From the human T2T-CHM13v2.0 reference genome, Homo sapiens: DNA of 64,000 nt. The DNA lies in assembly GCF_009914755.1 (NCBI RefSeq), contig NC_060944.1. One strand, given 5' to 3'. Below the pieces are notes generated by a model. That model was not told where the DNA came from. It ran no database searches and saw nothing but the letters and a program-made list of their open reading frames with translations. Below, piece after piece: positions 29,690 through 46,364 of the stretch. Both the position numbers and the translations under genes were made by a program. The first letter of the stretch is position 1, and each line of letters starts with the position of its first letter.

Positions 29690-30720
29690 CACTGAGACTA
29701 AAGTCAGGAGAGGTGGACCCAGCTGTTGGAGTTTGGGATGAATAATGGAGGAAGGGAGGACATAGGCAACTGGCAGGGGCTAAGGATGGGGTGGGGTGGC
29801 TCTGTGCACACAACATGACATATTTTGAGAAAAAGTGAACCAATATGGCTAAAGTGGAGAGTTCATGAAAAGTCCATGGAGGCAAGTAGAAGGAGAGAAA
29901 TGTAGATACATTGAATGGTCCCATTACAGAGGCTCTTGAACACCAGGATAGGATATAGATCTTTTATTTAACTACAGGAAATGTGGGGTGATGAGGGCTT
30001 TGGGAACATGAGTGTGACATAAGAAGGAAGGGTTTGGGGAAATTCCATTACAACAGCCTCTTAGATTAATTGACATGGAGAGAATTGAGAAATGCCCAGT
30101 ATGCTTAGAGGATTGAGTAATGAGAGACCTGCACGAGGTTGGAATTGGCAGTGATAAAAAGGAATGGAATGTTTTAAAGAATCATTTGAAAGAGAGAAAC
30201 ATTTTGAAGGAAGTATTTATAGGACCTGAGAACTCACTGGGTGTAGAGAGTGACGTGTGGGCAGGTTCAGGCGGATTCTGGGACTTTGAGCCCAGGCCAC
30301 TTAAACAACAAAATAAGAAAACTCAAAGAGTAAACTGACTTGGGGAGGAAAAGATGAGCTCAGTCAGTGAGATTTCTGAGGAAGACTAGAGAGCTGTAGC
30401 AGAACAGAGACAGAACCCCTTTTTGGCTTCTAGATATTTAGTGATAGAAGCAGAAGTGAAGCCAGGGGTGTTAAAGAATGGGCCAGGATGTAGTGGAAAA
30501 CAAAATCTTTTGTTTCAAAGCACCTAGTCAATAAAAATTACTGCATTGAGGATTGAGAAAAAGTCATTGGGTTTCCTGAGTAAACAGCTATGCACTATTG
30601 CTAGGTAGGTGGGGTGTTGGGGGGATCCATTTCTGTAGGTTAAGGAATAAGGGGCTGCTTTCAAGATGGAAGCCGTGAATAGACTCCACTTTTGAAGAAA
30701 TGAAAGTTAAAGCAAAGAGA
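29690..30720 (-). mobile_element. L2 fragment
   Basis: Antisense L2 pattern (AATATGGCT.., GGCTCTTGAACACCAGG, ATTTATAGGACCTG, TTTCTGTAGG). Confidence 0.6.
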
Positions 30721-31121
30721 GAAACAAGACAGGCATTTTGGTCTAATAGAAGCATCAAGAGTACACATTTTTGACAAAAGAAATAAGAGTTTAACTTAGA
30801 TAAGGGAGAAATTTAAAAGAAGAACATATCAAAGACACTAAGTAGAGTGTGTATCATCTTGGAAGGTAAAAAATCAAGTATTAATAAAGCAGATCATGAC
30901 TTCTACCAAGGCAGAAGGTAATTAGAGATGATGGCTGAAAACAACAGTGAGAAACATATATCAAAATTAATAGAAGTATTTGAAAGAGGGAACTGAATAA
31001 CCATATGAACTAAATATTCTCAGTTACATAGAAAGTATGATTGTCTATTGGCACTAAAAAGTGGGAAAAAAATTTAACCCCTAGTGAAGTTTCGTAGAAC
31101 TATTTTGGGAGATTTATTTTG

Positions 31122-31421
31122 TTTTGTTTTGTTTTTTTGAGATAGAGTCTCACTATCACCCAGGCTGGAGTGCAGTGGCACAATCTGGGCTCACTGCAGC
31201 CTCAACCTCCCCAGGCTCAAGCGATTCTCCTGTCTCAGCCTCCCGAGTGGCTGGAATTACAGGTGCCCACCACCACGCCTGGCTAATTTTTGTATTTTTA
31301 GTAGAGATGGGGTTTCACCATGTTAGCCAGGCTGGTCTCGAACTCCTGACCCCAAGTGATCCACCCACCTTGGCCTCCCAAATTTCTGAGATTACAGGTG
31401 TGAGGCACTGCACTCCCAGCC
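31122..31421 (-). mobile_element. Alu (AluJb/Sz-like)
   Basis: Full dimer; 14-bp TSD GGAGATTTATTTTG at 31108-31121 and 31423-31436. Confidence 0.93.
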
Positions 31422-31744
31422 AGGAGATTTATTTTGAATCAGGAGAGTTAATCAGTTTCCTCTTATTCTATCAGGATTTGCTCATGGTGGCCTGGAGGAC
31501 ACTGTTTTGAGAAAGGTTTTCTGGGGGCATTCCGACTCAATTGCCAGGATGAATCAACGATGGTTGCCCTGAGCATGGGACTGGGGAGTGGCAGCTGCAG
31601 TGTTAGCCAGCAGGAGGAACTCTCAGGCAACAATGAATGTCAAAGAACCCAGCTCCTTAGCAGGGTTCGGGAAACTTGTGTTTCTCAGAATGGCACAGGG
31701 GTGAAAATACCCAAGGTGAAAAGTTGAAGTGGGAAGTTTAGGGT

Positions 31745-31887
31745 GTTCCAGCAGCCTCAGCATCACTGAGGAGCTTGTTAGAAATGCAGATCCTCAGGTT
31801 CCACTCTGGACTCACTGACACCAACTCTTCATTTGAATAATGTCCCAATGGAATCACGCACATCCAGTTTTGTAAAGAGCATTGCTG
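31745..31887 (+). mobile_element. MER5A-type MITE, partial
   Basis: CCAGCAGCCTCAGCATCAC..GAGCTTGTTAGAAATGCAGA. Confidence 0.7.
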
Positions 31888-31978
31888 AGGTCTTCAATAC
31901 AATGACCAACCACAGGGTTTAAGTAGCTGTGGGGAGGAGTCCCAGAAATAAAGAAGAATACTTATGTCAGTGTTTCTT

Positions 31979-32473
31979 TCTTTTTATTTTTTCTCTTCCT
32001 GTGTGTGTTTATATATATATACATAAATGTTTATTACACGTTAAGTTCTAGGGTATGTGTGCACAGTGTGCAGGTTTGTTACATATGTATACATGTGCCA
32101 TGTTGGTGTGCTGCACCCATTAACTCGTCATGTACATTATGTATATCTCCTAATGCTATCCCAACCCGCTCCCCTCACCCCATAACAGGTCCCGGTGTGT
32201 GATGTCCCCCTTCCTGTGTCCAAATGTTCTCATTGTTCAATTCCCACCTATGAGTGAGAACATGCGGTGTTTGTTTTTTTGTCCTTGTGATAGTTTGCTG
32301 AGAATGATGATTTCCAATTTCATCCATGTCCCTACAAAGGACATGAACTCATCATTTTTTATGGCTGCATAGTATTCCATGGTGTGTATGTGCCACATTT
32401 TCTTAATCCAGTCTATCATTGTTGGACATTTGGGTTGGTTCCAAGTCTTTGCTATTGTGAATAGTGCCGCAAT
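31979..32473 (-). mobile_element. Short L1PA3/4 3' fragment with 15-bp TSD and complex tail
   Basis: ORF2 end [16 protein letters not shown] plus 3'UTR; TSD ATGTCAGTGTTTCTT at 31964-31978 and 32472-32486. Confidence 0.93.
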
Positions 32474-32475
32474 GT

Positions 32476-32665
32476 CAGTGTTTCTTAAGGCATAGTCTCC
32501 AGATAAGCTACATCTTCAACACCTCAGAACTTACTGAAAATGCAAATTCTCTGTCCCCACTCTAGATCTACTGAATCAGAAACTTTGGGTGTAGGGCACA
32601 GGAATATGTGTTTAACAAGCCTTTCAGATGATTCCTTTGTTCCCTAAAGTTTAAGAATAACATTC
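32476..32665 (+). mobile_element. MER5A MITE
   Basis: CAGTGTTTCTTAAGG..AAATGCAAATTCT..CTACTGAATCAGAAACT..TTTAACAAGCC..TAAAGTTTAAGAA. Confidence 0.82.
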
Positions 32666-33319
32666 TAGATACTACTGGTAAAGTGTGCATACATAGATCA
32701 TGAACAGGTGTAAAAGGTGAAGAAATTTAGCTTAAGAGTTTGGAGGCAGAAGGGTGTTAAAAGTTCAAAATGCAAAAAATAAAAAAGTAAAAGCCATCAA
32801 CATTACTTTATACTACCAAGGGCTTAGCTAAATCAACCAAGGTGGAGGAGGCTGTTTGGCATTGTCGACACAGCAAGCAGCTGTCTGGATGAGTTTTTCA
32901 TGATTAGTAGGTAGGCAAAGCCTTTACTTGAGGGAGTGCATTAGTTTAAGAGAAACTGGGTGATGAAAAGATTAAAACATACAGTAAAACACCATTCACA
33001 TACATATAGACAATAAAATTGCAAAGTAAGTAAGCCAAGTCCAGTTTGGGGTATTTACAGGCTAACTGAAAATAATGATATTTCTGTAAGCCAAGCAGGA
33101 CTGCAACTTTAGCAAGCTGGTTCCCTTTTTGTCAGTAATCACACATATCTGAAAGTAAAGTGATTATATTGTTTTAGAAAATTGTTCGCAATTCTAAGTT
33201 CTCTATCATCTACTACTAGAGAGGACTTCCACCCCAATCCAAAGGTAGCTAAAATGGGGCTGTGGGATAGTGGTATCTCTGGAGCTGCCACTAGTGAGGA
33301 AAGCCAGCCGGTGTCCTCT

Positions 33320-33523
33320 GTGCCCATGTCCCATGTAGTAGCCCCAGTTACTACTGTGTGGCCATTTAAATTTTAATTAATAAAAATTAAATTTCATTAA
33401 GAATTCCTTAGACCTGTCACATTCCATGTGGTCAATAGTCACTTGTCCAAGCGGCTGCCGTATCGAGGAACGAGGTTTACAGAACATTTCCACCATCACA
33501 GAAAGTTCTGTTGCACAGGGATT
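33320..33523 (-). mobile_element. MER3 hAT-Charlie MITE
   Basis: GTAGCC..TGTGGCCATTTAAATTTTAATTA..AGAACATTTCCACCATCACAGAAAGTTCTGTTG. Confidence 0.75.
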
Positions 33524-34506
33524 GAGCTTGTGATTCAAAATTCACAATGCAAGCTTTGTCTGAATCAGGCTTACCAAGGAGATGCTTTACAGCAGGGCTA
33601 ACAGCAGATCCCATTTGTGAAAAGGGTTAGGTCCGGGGTCCTAAACACTCGCCATTTCCACCTGCTCTGAGTATACAAATGTTTTCTAGAAAACCCCTCA
33701 ACTACTAGGATGTGGAGACATTCTAAGGGGGTCAGGAGATGACAGTATTTTATTCATTTTCTTCTTCATTTTTGCTATTGCACAGGAAGGACACAGAAAT
33801 CACCCACAAGGTGACTTTGATTGACATTCCAGGACTCTCTTCATAATTTTATTTGCGTGGTTTTGTTTTGCTTTGTTTTTGCCAAGGCCTGTTATAGAAA
33901 AGGTGGCTGTACTTAATATTTATTTATTTGTTTGTTTGTTTATATTTTTTATTGGAAACCAAACAAGACAAATGAATTTTAAACCATGACTGATGAGTAG
34001 CCAGCAGATTCTGGTGCCTGGCGGAGGCTGACTTTTCAGACTTGGTTTGAGGCCCTTGCAAATTTTCAGTTATTTTTAACCTGACTTTCATGAAAGCAGT
34101 CTAGAAAGAGAACAGTATTCACCCAGTTTTGCTACATAAATCTCTTTGAGGGCCTTGTTAGGTACCTTTACTTTGGTTAGACAAAGCATGTCAGAAAAAG
34201 AAAGAAAAAAAAAAGACAAAAATTATTGATTTGAAGCTTGAAACTGCTACCACCTGAAGGTGCGGAAGTCAGACCTAAGACAATAAACCTTGAATTAATA
34301 GGAAGACCTCGGGACACTTTCATGCCTCATGGTAAGACAGACTACAAACCTTAGGGCTTGAATCTATAACTTTGATATTCTGATTTTATAGTAAGAATTC
34401 ATTAGATATTTATAGAAATAAAAGGCCTGAGCCAGAATAATGCCACATTCATCATATACAGGTATAAATCCTTGAATAATCTGAAGTTCGGCAAGTGACT
34501 TTTGCT

Positions 34507-34590
34507 ATACATATGCATATGCAAAAGTATATATATGTGTGTATACATGTATATGTATATATGTATATACATGTACACACGCATATATGC
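34507..34590 (+). repeat. (TA/CA/TG) low-complexity repeat
   Basis: Alternating purine-pyrimidine tract. Confidence 0.8.
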
Positions 34591-35169
34591 CTGAAAGGCC
34601 CCTCAAAGAGATTTATGTAGCAAAACTGGGTGAATATATATATATGCAAAGTCTAAGATTAAGAAAAGGACATTGCCTTGGGAGACTTGACTTTTGAGCT
34701 GCCCATGGAGTCTTAGGGGCTTATGGCAACATTTTTTGTTTATCCTTTGGTGGTGTTCCCTTGGGTAAACACAAATACCTCTGTGCCTCATCTCTCCTGT
34801 GTTTCCCAGAATTTTTTTTCTCACTCTTGTCCTGGGAAAATTAATGTTCTAAGCCTTTCTGATGAGGCTTCCAACATCTTCCCTGTGAATCTTTGTGAAA
34901 AGCTAAGAGGTCTTTTCTGGGCAATTAGCCTCATATAATTTTCCAAATTATATGTTTAGCTCTGACGTGTGTCTCTCCAAAGTTGGTGCACTATTTGTTT
35001 ATTTGGTTCTGAACTGAGAGTGGAAAGGAGTGCCTCCTGCTGCAGGTGATCCTGAGTGAGCCCCAGTGTGAGCAAATCGTAGCCCGGGAGGAGGTGCTTT
35101 ACCAGCACGTCCTGTCAAGGCGCTTTCACAATCTTCATGAAAAATGGAAAGCTAACATTCTTTCTTTCT

Positions 35170-35605
35170 TCTTAATTCTCATCATTTATTCCATTTTAAA
35201 GTGACCAATTCCATGGCATTTAGTACATTTGCGATGTTGTTACAATTACTACCTCTATCTAGCTCCAAAATATTCCATCACTCTGAAGTAAAACCCTTAT
35301 CCATTAAGCAGTTTCTCTCCATTGCCCCTTCCTCCAAGTTTTTGGCAATGGGTTCATCAAAGATTTCTTAGATAAACTTAGCCATGCTAGTGTGGTAGTC
35401 AGCTAATCTATTACCCTTCCTGCCAAAACCTTAACTGTTGTTTCTTAGAAACCATTAAGGAATAACTGGCAAGAGATAGTTAAGTTCTTGCCCATTTTAA
35501 AATTGGGTTGTCTGTCTTTTTCTCGTTGAGTTTTAAGAGGTGTATGTGTGTGCGTGTGTGTGTGTGTGTGTATTTTGGATCCTTATCAAGTATATGATTT
35601 ACAAA
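35170..35605 (-). mobile_element. L1MB fragments
   Basis: CCATTTTAAAGTG..GCATTTAGTACATT..CCATTAAGCAG; TTGCCCATTTTAAAATTGGGTTGTC; (TG)n at 35520-35571. Confidence 0.7.
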
Positions 35606-35729
35606 GCTTACTCTTTCTTGTTATTGAGTTTTTGTTTCAAGTACCATCTACAAAGAAAGGACTTATCTGATCGCTCTGTGGTGTAATTAGGCTCCTTTGT
35701 CATTGGCTATTCAACGACTCAATTATAAT

Positions 35730-36029
<300 letters not shown>

Positions 36030-36818
36030 TAATGTACTGATATACTTGTACTCTTTAAAATTATCTTGCTAAATTATGTCTTTCCTCTACTGGAATGGGG
36101 AAATTAAATTTGTTTAGCAATGTTTTATTAATGCCTGGAACACAGTATATCACTTCAATGAAATGAACATATTTATAGAATTTTGATTTTGTAACAAAGG
36201 AATCTGCTGAAACCAATGTCAGTTTGCTCCTACATTATTTGTCTATGGACAATAATATCCTTCTTTTTTTTAAAACAAAATTAACAGCATCTACACTGTG
36301 TGATTCCACTCACATCTCTTGAGATTATTATTGAATCTTGAAGGTTCCAGTCAATGGACAATTGGTTAAATACAACACTTTTTATTCAATTCTTCACTCA
36401 TTTATTCATCAAATATTTTTTGAATTGGATAAACAATGAGTAAATATTGAATACATAACTGAGTTAATAAAAGAGTAGATTTGTTTTCAGTTCACTTTAA
36501 TGAGAATAAGAATAAACTGAAAATATTTTAAAGGAATTATGCACTTTCTGAAAGCAATGTAGAATTCTGTTTTCCCCATTCATGGATGGTCTTAAAAACT
36601 CCAATGTTTTATTGCAACTCTGGAAGATAATGAGGAAAAGTAATCATCTCCTGAAATACCTTTTACTTAATATGACATCTTCAAGGTGAAATAAAGTATG
36701 GTTCAGGTGAAAGAAAAGGCAACCAAAACTTGAAAAATATACGCAGTGTTGCGTGGATAAAATGGTATGATTATAATATTGAAGATGTTGCAAAGGAAAA
36801 GGAGAAAGAGCAGCTACC

Positions 36819-37524
<706 letters not shown>

Positions 37525-38029
37525 CTACCTAAATAAAGCAATAGACTATTCTTTCCCTCTCCATTTCTTATGGGAAGAAAGGCAGAGAGAAGAAAAAAGA
37601 AATGTGTTCATTTTATGTTAAAATCAAGTTTTCATATCATTTAGTAAGAAAAAAGGTAAAATATTCTCATTCTCTTCCACCATATTATAGTGTGCTATAA
37701 TTCACCAGTGATATTCTGCCCCTGCATCAATACCACTGAGGTTTTTTTTTTTAATTCTAAAATATGCCATAAGTAACACCATAGCTCTGCTTGTGATTCT
37801 CTACCTTCTCACTCAAAAAACAAAAACAAAACATAAACAAGAAAGGAAAAGTTGACAGGTTTGGAGGGGAAAGGGGCAGGTAATGAAATGTCCAGTGGCT
37901 GTGTATAGTCTGTTCTATTTAAAAGATAATTTTTTTTGCAGATTATGATTCTTTTATACAGCATTTAGAATTACAGAATTTTGGTGCTATCATGGATCTT
38001 AAAATATCTAGTCTGATTTCTTTATTTGG

Positions 38030-38265
38030 GAGACAGTGTGCCTCAGAAGTTATGACATGGAATTTGATACTACGTGGATCTGAATTTAAATATCAACTAC
38101 ACCTCATGCTGTGTGACCGAGGCACATTGCTTCACCTGTCTGATGCTCAGTCAACTCTTTGATAAAACAGAATCATCTGTAGGTTTTGTGAAGAGTAAAT
38201 GAGATAATGCATATAAATCCTTGAGCCCAATATCTAGTACATTTTAAACAGTCAGTATTAGTTTT
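38030..38265 (+). mobile_element. MIR
   Basis: GCTGTGTGACC..CTTCACCTGTCTGA..TTGTGAAGAGTAAATGAGATAATGCAT. Confidence 0.75.
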
Positions 38266-40707
38266 ATTTATTAATTTTTTCTGTGATACCACTCCTTCAT
38301 CCACCCAAATTATGTCACCCCTCTTTGCAGTATAAATTTTTACTGTAAATTTTGCAGATGCAATTTTTACCTTAAGATTCCCAAAGTCTCTTGTGGCTTC
38401 CCTAGAATAAAGTAGTCTGTTTCTCTTCTAAATTACTAAGGCATTTGCTCTGTGGCTTTCTTACAATATAATACATCTAACATAACAGTGGGCTTATTTA
38501 AACTACAAGTCCCTAGAATATGTTTTTATGCTAATAATCCACATAGGATCTTAGACAATGTAACAATGAAGAGTTTTGGAATGAGTAAACAGACGGCCAT
38601 TAGAGGTGGAATAAAAGCATAGAGATGTGTGTTATTATGTATATCTCAATTCAATTCATTCATTCATTGAAGAAATAAGTATTGAGTCCCTACCAACAAC
38701 ATTCCTTGCCTCTCTAGCCAACATCTTTGCAGATGCAGGTATAGATACTTACTTTTGAATTGTGCTTTTCAAATTATTTTGGGGACCCACCAAAACATTG
38801 AAATAATTGATCCACTGGAAGTCAGATAAATTAACAGGTCATTACCATACAGATGAGAAAAAAGGGCCTTTTAAATTATTAAGCAGATCCAAATAACCAT
38901 ACATTTGGAAAGTACATTGATCCCAGAGTAAATCTACCCTCTACTACAGTATTTAGCACTATTCTTGGATGGGTAGAGTGAGATCAGCACATGGACTCTA
39001 CTTTATCTTCCAGTTGTATGTTTAAAGTGCTGGGAAAGGCTACACAACATGTAGTATTTTCAGACTTCTGATGTTCTTGCTTCTAGCCATAAGCCAAGAT
39101 CTATTAGACACTCTTTCTGAACATCCCAAGATGTTGCTGTTGAAAATTAGACAGGAAACAGAAGAGCTCTTGCATTTTCTGACCACGCAACTCATACTAG
39201 ACAAATGGAATGACTCCAACTGTGACCCAGCACTTCCTGCAGACTTGACTTGCCATTTCCTTCACTTCAGGCTTCTTTGATTACATCACCTGGACTCCTT
39301 TACCCTGGGTGAATGGTACCTTATATGACTGTCCCTGTTTTGTATTACCTCACAGGTTATGCTCCCTTGATGTTTAGGTGATGTGACTCAGAGTATAGGA
39401 TGAAAGGCCATTTTGTGGTTATAATGAGTGTCTTTACAGGGCTCTATGTTTTAAATATATATGGGCAGTACTACAATAATGCCAACAATTCTGGTATCAG
39501 TTTTGTTTAAGAAGTTATAAACTCAATGACTTAATATTTTTCTGTATTGAAAGGATATGAGGGAATTATTAATGCAAATAGCCAGACGTTTCTAAAGGTT
39601 CTATTTCCAGGTAGATAATTAATGCTGTTCTTAACATGGTCCTTCATCTGTGACAATTTTTTAAATTAAATTTCTTGTTTCAAGTTAGTTGTAGATTCAC
39701 ATTCCATTCTAAAATATAATACAGAAAAGTACTGTGTACCCTTTACCTAGTTGCTCTCAGTAGTAATATCTTGCAGGACTATAATATAATACCACAACCA
39801 GGATACTGACATTGATGCAATCCACTGAATTTATTGACTTTTCAGTATTACTTGTGATAATGTGTAGCAAAGTGTGTGTACATGTGTACATACATACACA
39901 TCCATGCACATTTAAGTCTATGTGATTTTATCACATGTGAAAATTTGTATATCATCACCACAGTCAAGATACATACAATTCCACTTCCAAAATAATTTCT
40001 TGTGTTGTTATTCATGTTCTAGGTAATTGTTTGCTTTTAGTGTTGAGTTTTGAGTGTACTTTATATATTTTTAGATACTAGCCTTTTGTGGGATATGTAG
40101 TCTACAAACATTTTCTCCAGCTCTATTGGTTGCTTTCATCCTTTTAATAGGGCCTTCTGTAGAGCAAATGTTTTTAATTTTGATGAGGTCCAATTTATCA
40201 ATTTTTTCTTTGACAGACTGTGGTTTTGGTGCTGCCTAAGTACTCTGCTTAGTCCTAAATCCTGAAAAATTTCTTCTTTTTCTCAAAGCTTTATAGTTAT
40301 ATGTTTGGCATTTAAGTTCACGATTCACTTTAGTTAATTTTTATGTAAATTTTGGAGTTGAAGTTGAAGTTCATTTGTGGCCAACAGATGTTCAGTTGGT
40401 CCATTACCATATGTTAAAAAAGCTATCCATCTCGCATTGAATTGCTTTTGTACGTTCATCAAAATTAAGTTACATTTATGTATGTGAGTCTATTCTGGGT
40501 TTTCTGTTTTGTCATGTTAAACTAGGTATCTATCCCTCTGCCACATTGTCTTGTTGTGGCTACAGAGTAAGAGTAAACACCAGGCCCTGTGATTCTTCCC
40601 ACTTTACTCTCCTTTGTCAAGATTATTTTTTAACTGTTCTATGATCTGCATTTTTCTCTATGCATCTTAGAAAAATCTTGTCCATGTCTCTAAATAAGTT
40701 ACTGGAA

Positions 40708-42797
<2,090 letters not shown>

Positions 42798-43981
42798 AAG
42801 CTGCTGGAATTTTGATAGGAAATTGCATAAAACCTATATATCATTTGGGAAGAATTGACCTCTTTATTATATTGAGTCATAAAATCCATGAGCATTTTTT
42901 GTCTTTGACTTCTTTCATTGGCATTTTATAATTTTCAGCATATTTGTCCTGTATATGTTTTGTTAACTTTATATCTAAGTATTTAATTTTCTTTGTAGTG
43001 ATTGCAAACAATATTGCTTTAAATTTCTGTTTCTACATATTCATTGTTAGTATACAGAAATAAGATTGATTTTTGGGTATTTATTCTATATCCTGTAATC
43101 TTGCTGAAGTTCAATTATTAGTTCTAGAAAAGTGTAGATTCTTCCTGATTTTATATGTAAATAATTATGTCATTTGTAAACAGGAATGGGTTTCTTTCTT
43201 CCTTTTCCATCTGTATGGTTTCATTTCTTTTTCTTACCTTATTGCACTGGCTAGAACTTCCAGTACTAGTAAGAGTAAGAGAGGTTAGAGCAAAAGAGGA
43301 GTGCTGACATTCTTATCTTATTCTTGATCTTATGGGGAAAGCATTTAGCCTTTCACCAGTAAACATTTGAGTATTAAGCTACAGGTTGTTTTACAGATTT
43401 TTTTTTTCAAATTGAGGCATTTCCTTCTTATTCCTATTTTGCTGAGAATTTTTATTGTGAATGAGTGTTCACAATAAAACTCTTAAATCTTGTCAAATGC
43501 GTTTTCTGTGTCAACTGACATAATCTCATATGCTTTTTGCTTGTTAGTGTATTCACATGATGAACTACACTGGATTTTGAAGGGATGTTGAAACAACCTT
43601 GAATACCTAAAATAAAGTTTACTTGGTCATGGAGTGTAATTCTTTTTAAACATTGTTGAGTTTAATTTGCTGTTTCTTTGTTGAGAATTTTCACAGCCAT
43701 ATTCATGAGAGATATTGGTCTGTAGTGTTTCATTTTGTTTTGTTTTGTTTTTGCTACAATTTTTGTCTGGTGTACACAGCAACTTCAGTGATACTGGCCT
43801 TATAAAATTTGAAAGATGGTTTTTCTTTTATTTTCTGGAAGAGATTGCATAAAATTGGTGATAATTTTTTAATGGTAACATTTTCCTGTGAATGGTAGCA
43901 CTTTCCACCTGGCACTGAAGATTTTGTTCAGGAGATTTTAAAAAAGAAATTCAACTGATTTAATAGTTGTAATAGTATTAA

Positions 43982-44398
<417 letters not shown>

Positions 44399-45800
44399 TA
44401 GTCTTCTAATGTGCTTTAATAGCTACAGGATCACTACAGATGCTGACAGAGCTTTCAATGATAACTTATTTCATTTCTAATATTAGTTGTGTGTGTGTCT
44501 TTTCTCACTTTATTTTTGTAGTCCTTATAGAGTTTTATCAATTTTACTAATTTTTAAAATAACTATCTTTGATTTCACTTTTCTATTATTTTCCTTATTT
44601 TCAATTTCTTTAATTTCTGTGTTTATATTCATTATTTTCCTTCCTTACGCTGCTTTGGGTATAATTTTTTTCTTTCACTAGTTTCTTGATGTAGAAACAT
44701 AGATTAATGATTTGAAATTTTTTCTCTTTGTTAATATAAATGTCTAGTGCTATAAATTTGCCTCACAGAACTGTATTAACAGCATCCCACTTTTTTATGT
44801 TTTATTTTTCTGTTACTTTGTTTCTATATATTTTTAATTTTTTAAGGCTTCCTCTCTGATCCATGGGTTATTTAGAAGAATGCAATTCAATTTCTGTCTA
44901 TAAATGTTTCTGTGGTGTTTCTGGTATTTACTGTTGAACCAAAACATTGTATGATTTCAATTTATTTTAATGTTTTGAGGTATAATCTACGATCCAGGAT
45001 ATGAACTGTCTTGGTGAATATTGTGCATTGTGAAAATGTGCATTTTGCTTTTGTTATACCTTTATTAGATCTTGTTGGTTGATTTTGTTGTTCATGTCTT
45101 CTATATTCTTACTGATTTTTTTTTGTCTAGTATTTCTACCACTTGCTGAAAATAAGATGTTGAAGTCCTCAGTTATAACTGTTAATTTGTCTATTTTTTA
45201 GCTATACCAGTTTTTGATTCATGTATTATGAAGCTGTTATTTGGTGGCTTCACATTTAGAATTGTTCTTCTACTCTTAATTGTTGCCTTCCTGTGGGTTA
45301 AACATTTTTCAGGATTTCGTTTTTACTTATAGTATTTTCCAGTTTGAGTTTGTATCTTTGTATAGCTGTCTTAGAGTTTACTCTGCGAATTGCAACACAC
45401 ACATATGGCTTATCACAGTCTACTGATAACCAACATTTTACCACTTCAAGTAAAGTGTGAGAACCTCTCTTGTATTTAGTTCTCTTTACTTTCCCTATTT
45501 GAAACATTATTGTCTTGAGTATCAAATGGGCTTTACAGATTTTGATTCAGTCATCAAATATGATTTGTAAAACTCATGAACAGAAGCATAGTGTATTGTA
45601 TATGCCCAGGTTCCTATTCATTCTACTGCTCTTTCTTCTTGAAAACCTTCTATTAACCAGTCATTAAGAATATGTTTCTAGTGACAATTTTTTAAAAAAA
45701 ATTTTCCTTCCCTTGAGAATGTTTTTAAAACAAATTTCCCTTAATTTCTGAAGAATGATTGCAATGATTATGGAATCCATGGCTGATAGTTCTTTCCTTT

Positions 45801-46364
45801 TATCAGAGGCATTTAAACCAGAGTGGCTCCATTTTGTGTAGAGTCTGAGTAAAATGAAGCTGAGATCTACTGGGCTGCATTCCCAGGAGGTTAGGCATTC
45901 TAATCACAGGAAGAGATAGGAGGTCAGCATGAGATCCAAGTCATAAAGACCTTGAGAGTGACCTCTGGTTGTCTCACTGGTCTTTATATGGTAATTATAA
46001 TGCATTAGCATGCTAAAAGACACTCCCACCAGCACCATGACAGTTTACAAGTGCCATGGCAATGTCAGGAAGTTACTCTATATGGTCTATAAAGGGGAGG
46101 TACCCTCGGTTCTGGGAATTGACCACTCCTTTCCCAAAAATCTCATGAATAATCCACCCCTTGTTTAGCATACAATCAGGAAGTAACAAGAATCCTTGGT
46201 TGAGCAGCTCAAGCTGCTGCTCTGCCTATGGAGTAGCCACTCCTTATTTCGTTACTTAATAAATTTGCTTTCACTTTACTCTATGAATTCATCTCAAATT
46301 CTTTCTTGAGCAAGATCCGAAAACCCTGCCTTGGGGTATGGATTGCGACACCTTTCTGGTAACA
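45801..46364 (+). mobile_element. MER41B ERV1 solo LTR
   Basis: T(A)TCAGAGGC..CTGGGCTGCATTCCCAGGAGGTTAGGC..GCATTAGCATGCTAAAAGACACTCCCACC..CTTTCTGGTAACA; perfect 4-bp TSD CTTT at 45797-45800 and 46365-46368. Confidence 0.92.
46110..46118 (+). promoter_or_regulatory. GAS (STAT1) motif TTCTGGGAA within MER41B
   Basis: Fits TTCN3GAA at the position of the MER41B GAS pair; the partner site at 46131-46139 reads TTCCCAAAA (broken). Confidence 0.55.

Noticed and set aside
31124-31510. Alu-derived ORFs (also 37063-37332, 44000-44401, 57604-57886)
   Set aside because: Typical antisense Alu translations, not genes
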